Part shown: piece after piece, positions 17,753 to 26,370 of the stretch
Layout of the letters: the number at the start of each line of letters is the position of its first letter
Position numbering within the stretch: the stretch's first letter is position 1
From: Anaerolineales bacterium
Lineage (GTDB): Bacteria; Chloroflexota; Anaerolineae; Anaerolineales; E44-bin32
Assembly: GCA_048054495.1 (NCBI GenBank)
Contig: JBGMQN010000071.1
Span: 9,632 to 73,631, forward strand
Direction of reading: 5' to 3'
DNA length: 64,000 nucleotides
Made by a program: the position numbers and the translations under genes
The notes under the pieces: model-generated
What the model saw: only the letters and a program-made list of their open reading frames with translations
The model's database searches: none
Told to the model about the DNA's origin: nothing

Positions 17753-18981
17753 CTGACCGAAGACTGAACTTCCTAATCACTCTCAGTCTGGCGCTGGCTG
17801 CAACGTTGGGCCTGGCGGTGCTGGTCATGCGCCCGAGCCCGCAAGAGCTGCTCGATCTGGCGATCATGTTTACTGTCGCCGGACTAGGAGCTTCACTCGT
17901 AGGATTCCTGTCGGTTCAGACGGGCTGGTGGCGCCGCGCTACCAGCCTCACGCAGACTTTGACCGTGGGCCACGTACTGGCGGCACTTTTCGGTCTGGTG
18001 ATCGTGCTGCTTGCGGCCAGCCTGATGTTCATCAACGCCCACGACCTGGCCCTTGCAAGTGTGCTGTTGTTTTTTGCCAGCGGTGTTGCGGTGTCGTTCG
18101 GCTACTTCTTTTCAAATTCCATAACGCAGAGGCTCAAGGAACTCGGTCGTGGGGCCAGCCTCCTGAGCGTGGGCGACTTCTCTGTGCGAGTGGCGGTTGA
18201 GGGCCGGGATGAAGTGGCGGAACTGGGCCTGGCTTTCAATGCGATGGCCGAACGTCTCGAGCTGGCGGAGCGCGAGGCCGAACGATTGGAGCAGGCGCGA
18301 CGGGATTTCATAGCGGGGGCCTCGCATGACCTGCGCACCCCGTTGTCCTCGCTGCGGGCCATGCTGGAGGCGATCGCGGATGGAGTGGTTGAGGATCCCG
18401 CCGACTATATTCGTCGTAGCCAGCGCGTGATCACCCAAATGAGCAACCTGACGGACGACCTTGTCGAATTGGCGACCCTAGACAGCGGGGCAGCCCTCAT
18501 GGAGCGGTCACCAGGCTCGATCGAGGAAGTCATTGAGACTGCTATGGAAGGCGCAGCCCACAGGGCGCAAGCGAAGGGTGTTGAGCTTACCGCCCCGGCC
18601 TACAGCAAACTCCCCTTGATCCCGATGGCCGCCGACAAGATCGGCCGGGTCGTTCAAAATCTGCTTGACAATGCCATCGACCATACCGGATCGGGTGGGG
18701 AGGTAAGCATTTTGGCCACGGAACGAAATGGCACGGTGGAAGTGACAGTGCGGGACACGGGGGAGGGCATCCGCGCGGAAAGCTTGCCCTATATCTTCGA
18801 GCGGTTTTATCGCGGGGACGAGAGTCGACCGCGAACAGACAGCGAAGCCGGAGGGGTGGGGCTCGGCCTGGCAATCGCTAAGGAGCTGGTCGAAGCGCAC
18901 GGGGGGAGTATATGGGCCGAGACTGGCGCAGAACGCGGGACTCGCATCACATTTTCGCTGCCAACGGAGCAGGCCCCGTGA
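17749..18981 (+). CDS. Sensor histidine kinase (2 TM, HAMP, HisKA, HATPase_c)
   Basis: H-box ASHDLRTPL, N-box QNLLDNAIDHT, and G-boxes DTGEGI and GGVGLGLAI. Its start overlaps the regulator stop by 4 nt. Confidence 0.92.
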   Translation: MTDRRLNFLITLSLALAATLGLAVLVMRPSPQELLDLAIMFTVAGLGASLVGFLSVQTGWWRRATSLTQTLTVGHVLAALFGLVIVLLAASLMFINAHDLALASVLLFFASGVAVSFGYFFSNSITQRLKELGRGASLLSVGDFSVRVAVEGRDEVAELGLAFNAMAERLELAEREAERLEQARRDFIAGASHDLRTPLSSLRAMLEAIADGVVEDPADYIRRSQRVITQMSNLTDDLVELATLDSGAALMERSPGSIEEVIETAMEGAAHRAQAKGVELTAPAYSKLPLIPMAADKIGRVVQNLLDNAIDHTGSGGEVSILATERNGTVEVTVRDTGEGIRAESLPYIFERFYRGDESRPRTDSEAGGVGLGLAIAKELVEAHGGSIWAETGAERGTRITFSLPTEQAP

Positions 18982-19189
18982 AGTCCGATCGAGAATTAGA
19001 GCAACGTGCGCCTTCAACACATAGGCGAAGGGCGATGCCGGGAAGCTGAAGCAGCGATCCAATCGTTGCTGGCGGAACATTCCCCCCAGTCGCAAATCAA
19101 TCTAGATTCCCCGGTCCGTTCGCCGACACGCGGGAAATATTCCAGCAGAATCCCCCCATAAAGAGGGCTCGTAGCGTTAAAGGGCGGTT

Positions 19190-19432
19190 GTGCTATACTG
19201 CCGCGCTGTGGATGCCGGAGGAGAGACCACGCAACGTGCCGTGGTCTGGCTACGCCACCTGGGTTTGGATTCGCTGGTGGCGGACATCCTAGAGGCCGCT
19301 GGCCCCTTTACAACGTTCTTAGCGCAGCTCAGCTATATGGCCGTACCGTTCCTTGGGGATGGCTTGAACGACGTTGGGCGCTCGCTAGAGCAGCCAGAGG
19401 GGCTTATTCAAGAGTTAAGGGAAGGCTCATGA
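19190..19432 (+). CDS. Small hypothetical protein (first gene of the uncharacterised operon; start uncertain)
   Basis: Listed ORF whose stop overlaps the next start (ATGA). The listed GTG overlaps the candidate -10 box, so GTG at 19208 or 19241 may be the true start. Confidence 0.4.
   Translation: MLYCRAVDAGGETTQRAVVWLRHLGLDSLVADILEAAGPFTTFLAQLSYMAVPFLGDGLNDVGRSLEQPEGLIQELREGS
19191..19199 (+). promoter_or_regulatory. Candidate extended -10 promoter (TGcTATACT) for the 19.2-27.0 kb operon
   Basis: TGcTATACT is read directly. The same TGnTAnnnT style is seen upstream of both tRNA units, the small ORF at 42.9 kb and the GTPase operon. Confidence 0.4.
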
Positions 19433-20178
19433 CGGCCGTCGATCTGCAGGGCTTGCTGTTGCTCTTCGCATTCCTGGGGCTGATGCTGGGATCAGCTGCC
19501 ATCAGCCGACGCTGGCCCGCGACTTTCCGGCAAATCTCCGCCTTTGAAGGTCTGGGAAAGGCCATTGAGCGTGCCGTCGAAGCGGGCGAACGCGTCCATG
19601 TATCTCTCGGCACAGGTTCCGTAATTGGCCCTGAAAGCGCTCCCGCTTTTGCGGGATTAGCGGCACTCACGCGGATCGCTCGAGCGACCTCCATGAGCGA
19701 TCGCCCCGCGGTGGTTACCGCGGGCGACGGCGCCATGGCAATCCTTGCTCGCGATACGCTGCGCAGCTCCTACGGCGAGATGGGTGCCTCTGACCTCTAC
19801 GACCCTACTTCTGGCCGCCTTCTTGGGCCTACCCCCTTTTCCTATGCCGCTGGTTTACCCAGCGTACTTTCCAACGAGAACGTGTCCGTGCACATGCTCA
19901 GTGGCTTTTATGGTTTCGAGGCCGGTCTGGCAGCCGAGTTTGGCGAGCGGGCGCGGGCCTTTGTCATCGGCGGGACCAACGAGGTCCAGTCGCAAGCCTT
20001 GCTCTACGCGGTCGCACGGAATCCTTTGATAGGTGAAGAAGTGTTTGCCAGTGGCGCCTATTTAGGGGCAGGGGAGCTGCACAAGGCCAGCCTGCGAGCA
20101 CAGGACATTATTCGGATTGGTCTCATCGTGCTGATCTTGCTGGGCGTAATCATGGCTACCTTCGAGGATCTGATATGA
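19429..20178 (+). CDS. Hypothetical membrane protein (N- and C-terminal TM helices flanking a ~190-aa domain)
   Basis: TM segments LLLLFAFLGLMLGSAAI and IIRIGLIVLILLGVIMATF. 4-nt overlaps with both neighbouring genes. Confidence 0.6.
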   Translation: MTAVDLQGLLLLFAFLGLMLGSAAISRRWPATFRQISAFEGLGKAIERAVEAGERVHVSLGTGSVIGPESAPAFAGLAALTRIARATSMSDRPAVVTAGDGAMAILARDTLRSSYGEMGASDLYDPTSGRLLGPTPFSYAAGLPSVLSNENVSVHMLSGFYGFEAGLAAEFGERARAFVIGGTNEVQSQALLYAVARNPLIGEEVFASGAYLGAGELHKASLRAQDIIRIGLIVLILLGVIMATFEDLI

Positions 20179-20807
20179 GGCTCTTCCGGATCTCTGCGTT
20201 GTGGGCTGCGGTGGCGGCCGCCATAGGGATCTTTGTCCTGTTGGGCTACTTTGTAAATTTCGATTTCATCCAAAATATCCGCTTGCTATTCATGCGGTGG
20301 GCGGCGCTCCTGGCCGCGGCCGCCCTGCTGGTTGGCCTGGCGAACCTGGTACAGGTGCACTGGCGCAAGCTGAGTCTGACGGAGGAGGGCTGGATCTACA
20401 GCGCGGTTCTTATCCTGGCATTCCTGGTCACGCTAATCCTGGCTCTGTCCTTTGGACCGGATAATCCGGTTGCGCTGTTTATTTTTAGGTACTTCCAGAT
20501 TCCGCTCGAAGCGGGACTCATGGCTCTTCTCTCAGTGATACTGCTCGTGGCCGGGTTCCGATTGGTGACCCGGCGGCGGGACGCCTTCAGTATTCTGTTC
20601 TTAGCAACCGCACTGCTTGTCATGTTTGGAACGGGACCGGCAGTGACGGAGGGACCGGTAACAGTCGTCATGCGAGATCTGCGAGCCTGGATTTCACAGG
20701 TGTGGTCGGCCGGGGGAGCGCGTGGGATCGCGCTCGGGGTTGCCCTCGGGGCAACGACAACCGGCTTGCGGGTATTGCTGGGTTCCGATAGGCCTTATGG
20801 ATCCTGA
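20175..20807 (+). CDS. Hypothetical polytopic membrane protein (~5-6 TM)
   Basis: Hydrophobic helices run throughout the ORF. It is coupled to its neighbours. Confidence 0.6.
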   Translation: MRLFRISALWAAVAAAIGIFVLLGYFVNFDFIQNIRLLFMRWAALLAAAALLVGLANLVQVHWRKLSLTEEGWIYSAVLILAFLVTLILALSFGPDNPVALFIFRYFQIPLEAGLMALLSVILLVAGFRLVTRRRDAFSILFLATALLVMFGTGPAVTEGPVTVVMRDLRAWISQVWSAGGARGIALGVALGATTTGLRVLLGSDRPYGS

Positions 20808-20810
20808 CTA

Positions 20811-22706
20811 GTGGAAGAAATTCGCTGCCCGATGTGCGGCAAACCCAATCCTGGGGAAGCCGAAGAATGTGTGCACTGTGGGGCGCGCCTCAAGCCGCTC
20901 GAGGCGGGCGGAAACTCCGAGCATGCGGAAGATTGGCTTGACCGCATGCGGGAAAAGGCGGAGGCGCAACCCACTGATTCAGACTCGGGTGAGGCGGCTC
21001 CTTCGGAGTCAGAATCCGAGCTGGATTTCGATCGGCTGAGGGCTGATGCAGAGCTACCGGGGCAGGCCGATGAGCAGGTTCCGGAGTGGCTGCAGCGCAT
21101 TAGAGAAAAGCAGGCAGAGGAACCGAAAGATATCTCGGCTTCCGGGGAACCGGCACCGGAGGAAGCCCTGCGAGCGGCAGCGACGCAAGCAGACGAGGTT
21201 CAAATAGAGCAGACAGACCCAGCGCCGGAGGGTGATCTCAGGCCCGCAGATGAACCTGCACCAGAGCAGGCCCTGAGAGCTGCGGCGACTCAGGCAGACG
21301 AAACTCAAGAAGAGCAGACAGACCTGCCGCGCTCAGCTGATCTCAGGCCCGCAGGTGAACCAGAGCCCGCATCGGAGTCTCCGGACTGGCTCGAGGGTGC
21401 GGAAGATCAGGGTGCGGAGGCGATTCCACATGTCCCAGCTCTGATTGGTGGGGCGGACGAATCTGCTGACGTCGAATTGGGCGATCTAGGTCTGCCCGAT
21501 TGGTTGGGGGAGATCGAGCCCCTCGAAGACGAGCAGCCACCCCGAGCCGCACCGGACCTGGCCCCGGCAACGCTCCCGAATTGGCTGGAAGCTATGCGTC
21601 CGGTCGAGACCTTTCGGTCCGTCGTCGAAATCGAATCAGAAGATGATCAAGCGGTCGAATCGGTGGGACCGCTTGCCGGGCTGAGCGGCGTTCTGCTCGC
21701 TGAGCCCGTTGTGGCGATGCCGCGCACCTCAAGCGTCGGTTCTATGCAGCTCGAAGTTTCAGAGCGCCAATACGCTCAGGCAGAGTTGCTTCATCGCTTG
21801 GTCGATGAAGAAGAGCGAGAAGCGCCGGCCAAGCCGAAGCGCAGGACTCGGTTGGCGGTTTTCCGCTGGGCCATTGGGGCCATTGTTCTGGTGGCCGTTT
21901 CGCTCCCCATTGTCACAGGCGCGCCCAGCTTCGCCCTGCCCGGTCTCGAGCCCCGAGAACTCGGGGCGCTGTTCGATCTGGTGGAGCAACTGCCGGGAGA
22001 GCAGCCGGTGCTTGTCGTGTTCGATTACGAGCCCGGGTATGCCGGTGAGCTCGAGGCGGTTTCTGGGGCATTTCTGGATCAGATGATGGCCCGAGGGCTG
22101 CCCCTTGCGAGTATGTCTACTCGCCCAACGGGACCCGCGTTAGCCATGCGCGCGACGGATCCCTATGTTGATCGCTACGACTACGAAAACGGCCAGGGGA
22201 TCGTGCATTTGGGCTACTTGTCTGGAGGACCGACCGCGGTGCAGCTCTTTGCGGTCAATCCACGCGAGGCCGTAATCGAGGGATTTGCGCTGCCCGAAGA
22301 GCTGAAGGTGGCCGGCCTCACCGCCTGGGATACGCCTGTGCTGGATCAAGTTCAAGCTCTCTCGGACTTCGGCATGGTGGCCGTTATTACTGCCGATAGT
22401 GAGTCGGCACGCGTATGGGCGGAACAGGCCCGCCCCAACATGGGCGACACACCGCTGGTGGTAGTGCTGTCCGCGGGCGCGGAGCCTCTCATTCGACCCT
22501 ACTTTGAGAGCGACGACCCCAAGGTAGGTGGAATTCTGTCGGGGCTGCCGGCGGCTGCCGCCTACGAGCTACGCAACGGCCGCCGCGGCCTCGCGCAGGA
22601 GCGCTGGGACGCATTTGGCACCGCGATGCTGGCGGCCGAGTTCGTGCTGCTCGCGGGTATAGGCTATGGCCTTCTAATTTGGTGGAGAAGCCGGAGCCTG
22701 GCGTAG
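20811..22706 (+). CDS. Zinc-ribbon protein with acidic repeat region, central TM and large C-terminal domain
   Basis: N-terminal CPMCGKPNPGEAEECVHCG zinc ribbon. There are five [DEN]WL motifs and a 2 x 35-aa tandem repeat. TM segments are WAIGAIVLVAVSLPIV and a C-terminal MLAAEFVLLAGIGYGLLIWW. Confidence 0.65.
   Translation: MEEIRCPMCGKPNPGEAEECVHCGARLKPLEAGGNSEHAEDWLDRMREKAEAQPTDSDSGEAAPSESESELDFDRLRADAELPGQADEQVPEWLQRIREKQAEEPKDISASGEPAPEEALRAAATQADEVQIEQTDPAPEGDLRPADEPAPEQALRAAATQADETQEEQTDLPRSADLRPAGEPEPASESPDWLEGAEDQGAEAIPHVPALIGGADESADVELGDLGLPDWLGEIEPLEDEQPPRAAPDLAPATLPNWLEAMRPVETFRSVVEIESEDDQAVESVGPLAGLSGVLLAEPVVAMPRTSSVGSMQLEVSERQYAQAELLHRLVDEEEREAPAKPKRRTRLAVFRWAIGAIVLVAVSLPIVTGAPSFALPGLEPRELGALFDLVEQLPGEQPVLVVFDYEPGYAGELEAVSGAFLDQMMARGLPLASMSTRPTGPALAMRATDPYVDRYDYENGQGIVHLGYLSGGPTAVQLFAVNPREAVIEGFALPEELKVAGLTAWDTPVLDQVQALSDFGMVAVITADSESARVWAEQARPNMGDTPLVVVLSAGAEPLIRPYFESDDPKVGGILSGLPAAAAYELRNGRRGLAQERWDAFGTAMLAAEFVLLAGIGYGLLIWWRSRSLA
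21147..21356 (+). repeat. In-frame tandem repeat, 2 x 105 bp (35 aa each), with the start of a third partial copy
   Basis: Unit 1 is gaaccggcaccggaggaagccctgcgagcggcagcgacgcaagcagacgag... and unit 2 starts at 21252 as gaacctgcaccagagcaggccctgagagctgcggcgactcaggcagacgaa.... The peptides are EPAPEEALRAAATQADEVQIEQTD... and EPAPEQALRAAATQADETQEEQTD.... Confidence 0.9.
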
Positions 22707-22710
22707 AACC

Positions 22711-23445
22711 ATGGATACTGCAGACCTGATCGCGAGTTTCATAGCTTCACTGCTGACCATCATGGTTCTCAGTTACTTGATAGGCGACAACCCGTTCTTC
22801 AAGCTCGCAATGCACTTATTGATCGGGGTGGCTGCCGGCTATGTGGGAGCGGTTGCGGTGCACAATGTGTTGATACCAGGGTTGGTCAAACCGGTCCTGG
22901 AAGCGGGCCTCACGGGTTTGGCAGACCCCCAGCTGATCGTCACCGTGATCGTTCCGCTCATCCTGGTCCTCTTGCTTTTCTTGAAGGTTGCTCCGTCAAC
23001 CGCTCGTTACGGCACGATCTCCATGGTGTTGCTGGTAGGAGTCGGTGCGGCAGTCATCGTGGGGGGTGCAATAACAGGAAGCCTCATTCCGCTAACGCTG
23101 GAATCGATGGATTCCTTGAACCCCACCGTCATCAATCAACTCACCGGGGAATCAGGCTTGGAGCGCCTGCTTAATGTCATCATCATGCTCGTTGGCACGA
23201 TTGCCGCGCTCTTTTACTTTCGATTCACCGTCCGGCGGGGGGAAGGGGAGGCGCCGCTTGTCGTTGTCGCAGGTGCAAGCATCCCAGGTCCGCTGACGAT
23301 GCTGAGGGGAATCGGCAAGGGATTCATCGCGGTGACATTCGGGGTGATGTACGCCGGAGCCGTAGCAGCCACGCTGATCGTTCTTGGCGAACGGGTGCAG
23401 TTCATCTGGGACACAGTTACGGGCGTGATAGGCAGCATCGGATAG
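22711..23445 (+). CDS. Hypothetical polytopic membrane protein (~6-7 TM)
   Basis: Hydrophobic helices throughout, with 4-nt gaps to both neighbouring genes. Confidence 0.6.
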   Translation: MDTADLIASFIASLLTIMVLSYLIGDNPFFKLAMHLLIGVAAGYVGAVAVHNVLIPGLVKPVLEAGLTGLADPQLIVTVIVPLILVLLLFLKVAPSTARYGTISMVLLVGVGAAVIVGGAITGSLIPLTLESMDSLNPTVINQLTGESGLERLLNVIIMLVGTIAALFYFRFTVRRGEGEAPLVVVAGASIPGPLTMLRGIGKGFIAVTFGVMYAGAVAATLIVLGERVQFIWDTVTGVIGSIG

Positions 23446-23449
23446 AAGC

Positions 23450-25207
23450 ATGAGCACGATACTTGAGGCTGATACCCTGCTGGCCGTTGATGTGGGAACG
23501 GTAAACACTCGCGCTAGCTTATTTGACGTGGTGGACGGGCGATACCGAATGGTGGCCACGGGTCGCGCGTCATCGACGGCTGGGGCACCGCTGTTCGATG
23601 TTCGAGAGGGCATGCAGGTCGCCCTGGACGAAGTGAGTGAGATCACGGGAAGGCCCTTTTTCGACGAATCCGAAGCGCTCGTCATGCCCACCACCGCCAG
23701 CGGAGCCGGGGTGGATGCATTTGTCTCTACTGCTTCCGCCGGGCCCCTTGTTCGGACGGTGCTGGTTGGACTCATGCCTGGCGTTTCGATAGAAAGCGCC
23801 CGTCGACTCGCTAGCTCAACTTACCTGAATGTAGTAGACGAGATCGGCCTGATGGATCGAAGGCGGGAAGAGGCGCAAATCGATGTGATACTCGCCGCGA
23901 AGCCGGATCTCATCCTGATGGTGGGTGGCACCGACGGCGGCGCTACCGCCAGCGTAGTTCGACAGATCGAGACGGTGAGTCTGGCCACGAGTCTGCTCCC
24001 CACCGCTCGGCGCCCCGCGCTTGTATTTGCAGGTAACACCAGCCTCGGAGCAGCGGTAATGGAGCATTTTCAGAACAGCTCGGCGGTGGCGGTGGTGCCG
24101 AATATCCGTCCCGACCTGGAGCAGGAAGAGCTCGGACCGGCGCGCCTGAAGCTTGCTGAGATCGTCAATAAACTTCGCTCGCAGCGCATCGCTGGATTCG
24201 ATGACCTCAACGGATGGTCTGGCGGATACACAATGCTCACAGCGGACGCCTTCAATCGCGTGGTGCGCTACCTGAGTCAGGTGTACGACCCTGATAAAGG
24301 TGTATTGGGGATCGATGTCGGTGCGGCTCATGTAACCGTGGCGGCGGCTTTTGATGGCAAGCTAAACAGCAAGGTGCACTCGGACCTGGGTCTTGGGATT
24401 TCCCTCCCGGGTCTCCTTCGCTACGCATCCGTTTCCGATGTTTCTCGCTGGCTCCCCACGGATCTCTCAGAGGCTGATGTACGTGACTACATCTTCAACA
24501 AAGCTATTTACCCTGGCACGATTCCCGCGCAGCTGTCCGATCTCCATATCGAATACGCGCTTCTCAGGGAACTGGTTCGAGCTGGCATTTCGCTCTCCAG
24601 AGGCGACTGGGCGGAGGGTGCCTCCTCCGAATTGATGCCGCCTCTGGAACCCATCATCGCCAGTGGCGGGGCGATCGCTCGCGCTCCTCGGCCTGGATAC
24701 GCAGCGCTTGCGCTGCTGGACGCCGTTCAACCGCGCGGCATTACCACCTTGGTGCTGGATCCCTATAACTTAATTCCCGCGGTGGGTGCTGCGGCGAGCT
24801 TGCTGCCGATGATCACAGTTCAGGTGCTGGAGTCCGGCAGCTTCGTCAGCCTGGGAACGGTTGTTTCGCCGGTTGGACGGGGCCGACCGGGCCGACAGGT
24901 GCTCCGCATCCGCATCGATCCTGAGAGCGGCGGCGAGCCGATCGAAGGAATCGTTCGCTACGGCCAGCTTGTCCTGCTTCCACTTCGCCAGGGTGAACAT
25001 GCTCGCATGACATTGAGGCCGGAAAAAGGATTTGACGTAGGTTTTGGCGGACGAGGCAAGGCAGGAGCGCTGCGAATTACGGGAGGGGCGTTAGGAGTCA
25101 TTATTGACGCGCGCGGCCGGCCGATCGAATTGTCCAAAGATCCCGAACGTCGTAGAGAGCTCAATCAGAAGTGGCTCTACGATATTGGAGCTATGCTCCA
25201 GAGCTAA
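23450..25207 (+). CDS. Actin-fold (ASKHA) ATPase-like protein, GlmL/MutL-like
   Basis: Two phosphate-binding-type motifs, one per lobe: LLAVDVGTVNTRASLFD near the N-terminus and VLGIDVGAAHVTVAAAFDG near residue 285. A MVGGTDGG motif lies between them. No glutamate mutase genes are nearby. Confidence 0.55.
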   Translation: MSTILEADTLLAVDVGTVNTRASLFDVVDGRYRMVATGRASSTAGAPLFDVREGMQVALDEVSEITGRPFFDESEALVMPTTASGAGVDAFVSTASAGPLVRTVLVGLMPGVSIESARRLASSTYLNVVDEIGLMDRRREEAQIDVILAAKPDLILMVGGTDGGATASVVRQIETVSLATSLLPTARRPALVFAGNTSLGAAVMEHFQNSSAVAVVPNIRPDLEQEELGPARLKLAEIVNKLRSQRIAGFDDLNGWSGGYTMLTADAFNRVVRYLSQVYDPDKGVLGIDVGAAHVTVAAAFDGKLNSKVHSDLGLGISLPGLLRYASVSDVSRWLPTDLSEADVRDYIFNKAIYPGTIPAQLSDLHIEYALLRELVRAGISLSRGDWAEGASSELMPPLEPIIASGGAIARAPRPGYAALALLDAVQPRGITTLVLDPYNLIPAVGAAASLLPMITVQVLESGSFVSLGTVVSPVGRGRPGRQVLRIRIDPESGGEPIEGIVRYGQLVLLPLRQGEHARMTLRPEKGFDVGFGGRGKAGALRITGGALGVIIDARGRPIELSKDPERRRELNQKWLYDIGAMLQS

Positions 25208-25210
25208 ATC

Positions 25211-26278
25211 ATGATCGCCAATCATCTGCCGCGTATCAGACATATTCTGCCCATGACAAGGGTGCAGCGCGAGCGGAAGCTCGACGGACACGGTGTTTTG
25301 ACCGTCAGGGTAAGGGAGAAAGTGCAGTCGACGGATGTGATCGGCGAAGTGCAGCCGCAGCCGCAACATCACTTTCTCGATCTGGCCTCCGCCTTGGGCG
25401 TTTCGGATGCGGAGGCGGCGCGCCTGCTGCGGGTGGACCCGGGGAGCGACGTGGAGGCGGGCCAAGTGTTGGCGGGCCCGGTCGGGATCGCCAGGCGTAC
25501 GGTACGTGCCCCAGCCAATGGCAAGGTGCTTTCCCTCTCCAGAGGCCGAGTGCTGTTTGAGGCTCGCGAAGGGGCGCGCGCAGTTCATGCAGGGGTGCCG
25601 GGGGAGGTCACCGCCTCGGATGGCGCGAGCTCGATCATCATCTCGGCCGTCGGGGCGCTTGTCCAAGGAGCATGGGGAAACGGTCGCCGGGGATGGGGAG
25701 TATTGCGTGACGTGGGTGAAAGCCGGAGTGCGCGGTTGGAGCCTAGCGAACTCGACATGATTCTTCGAGGCGCGGTTGTACTGGTAGGTGTCGTCGACAA
25801 TCCCAAATCCCTTCATCAAGCCACGGAAATTCCCATCCGCGGCCTGGTATGTGGAAGTATGGCGTCGGAGCTCATTCCCACCGCACTGCACATGCCATAC
25901 CCGATCTTGTTGACGGAGGGTTTTGGGGCAATCCCGATGAACTCCCCGACCTACGACCTGCTGAGCACCAATGCGGGAAGGGAAGCGAACGTGGAAGCGT
26001 CGCTGCTGGAACCCTATAAGCCCCAACAGCCCGAAATCCTGGTACCGCTACCTGCCACGCAGGACCTTAAGAGTCCGGAACGAATCGTGCAACTGGTGCC
26101 TGGAGTGCGAGTGCGGGCCTTGAGAGCGCCTCATGTCGGGGCGGTCGGAAGCTTGCTGCATTTGATGCCGGGGGTCGAGTCCTTCCCAAGCGGCATATTG
26201 GCGCGCAGCGCGATGATCGAGCTGGAGGGAATTGGCTCTGTCGCCGTGCCGCTGAGTAACCTGGAAGTGATTGCTTGA
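25211..26278 (+). CDS. Hypothetical soluble protein (possible N-terminal barrel-sandwich/lipoyl-like hybrid domain)
   Basis: Listed ORF starting 3 nt after the previous stop. The segment DVEAGQVLAGPVGIARRTVRAPANGKVLSLSRGRVLFEA resembles barrel-sandwich hybrid motifs, but the match is weak. Confidence 0.45.
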   Translation: MIANHLPRIRHILPMTRVQRERKLDGHGVLTVRVREKVQSTDVIGEVQPQPQHHFLDLASALGVSDAEAARLLRVDPGSDVEAGQVLAGPVGIARRTVRAPANGKVLSLSRGRVLFEAREGARAVHAGVPGEVTASDGASSIIISAVGALVQGAWGNGRRGWGVLRDVGESRSARLEPSELDMILRGAVVLVGVVDNPKSLHQATEIPIRGLVCGSMASELIPTALHMPYPILLTEGFGAIPMNSPTYDLLSTNAGREANVEASLLEPYKPQQPEILVPLPATQDLKSPERIVQLVPGVRVRALRAPHVGAVGSLLHLMPGVESFPSGILARSAMIELEGIGSVAVPLSNLEVIA

Positions 26279-26370
26279 TGGAACATGGTTCGGAACTTGC
26301 AACTTATGGCGTACCCGATCGCGTTGTGTCGCGTTCACGCGGATCTTCTTGGGCGTGAGGGGAGGAAATT

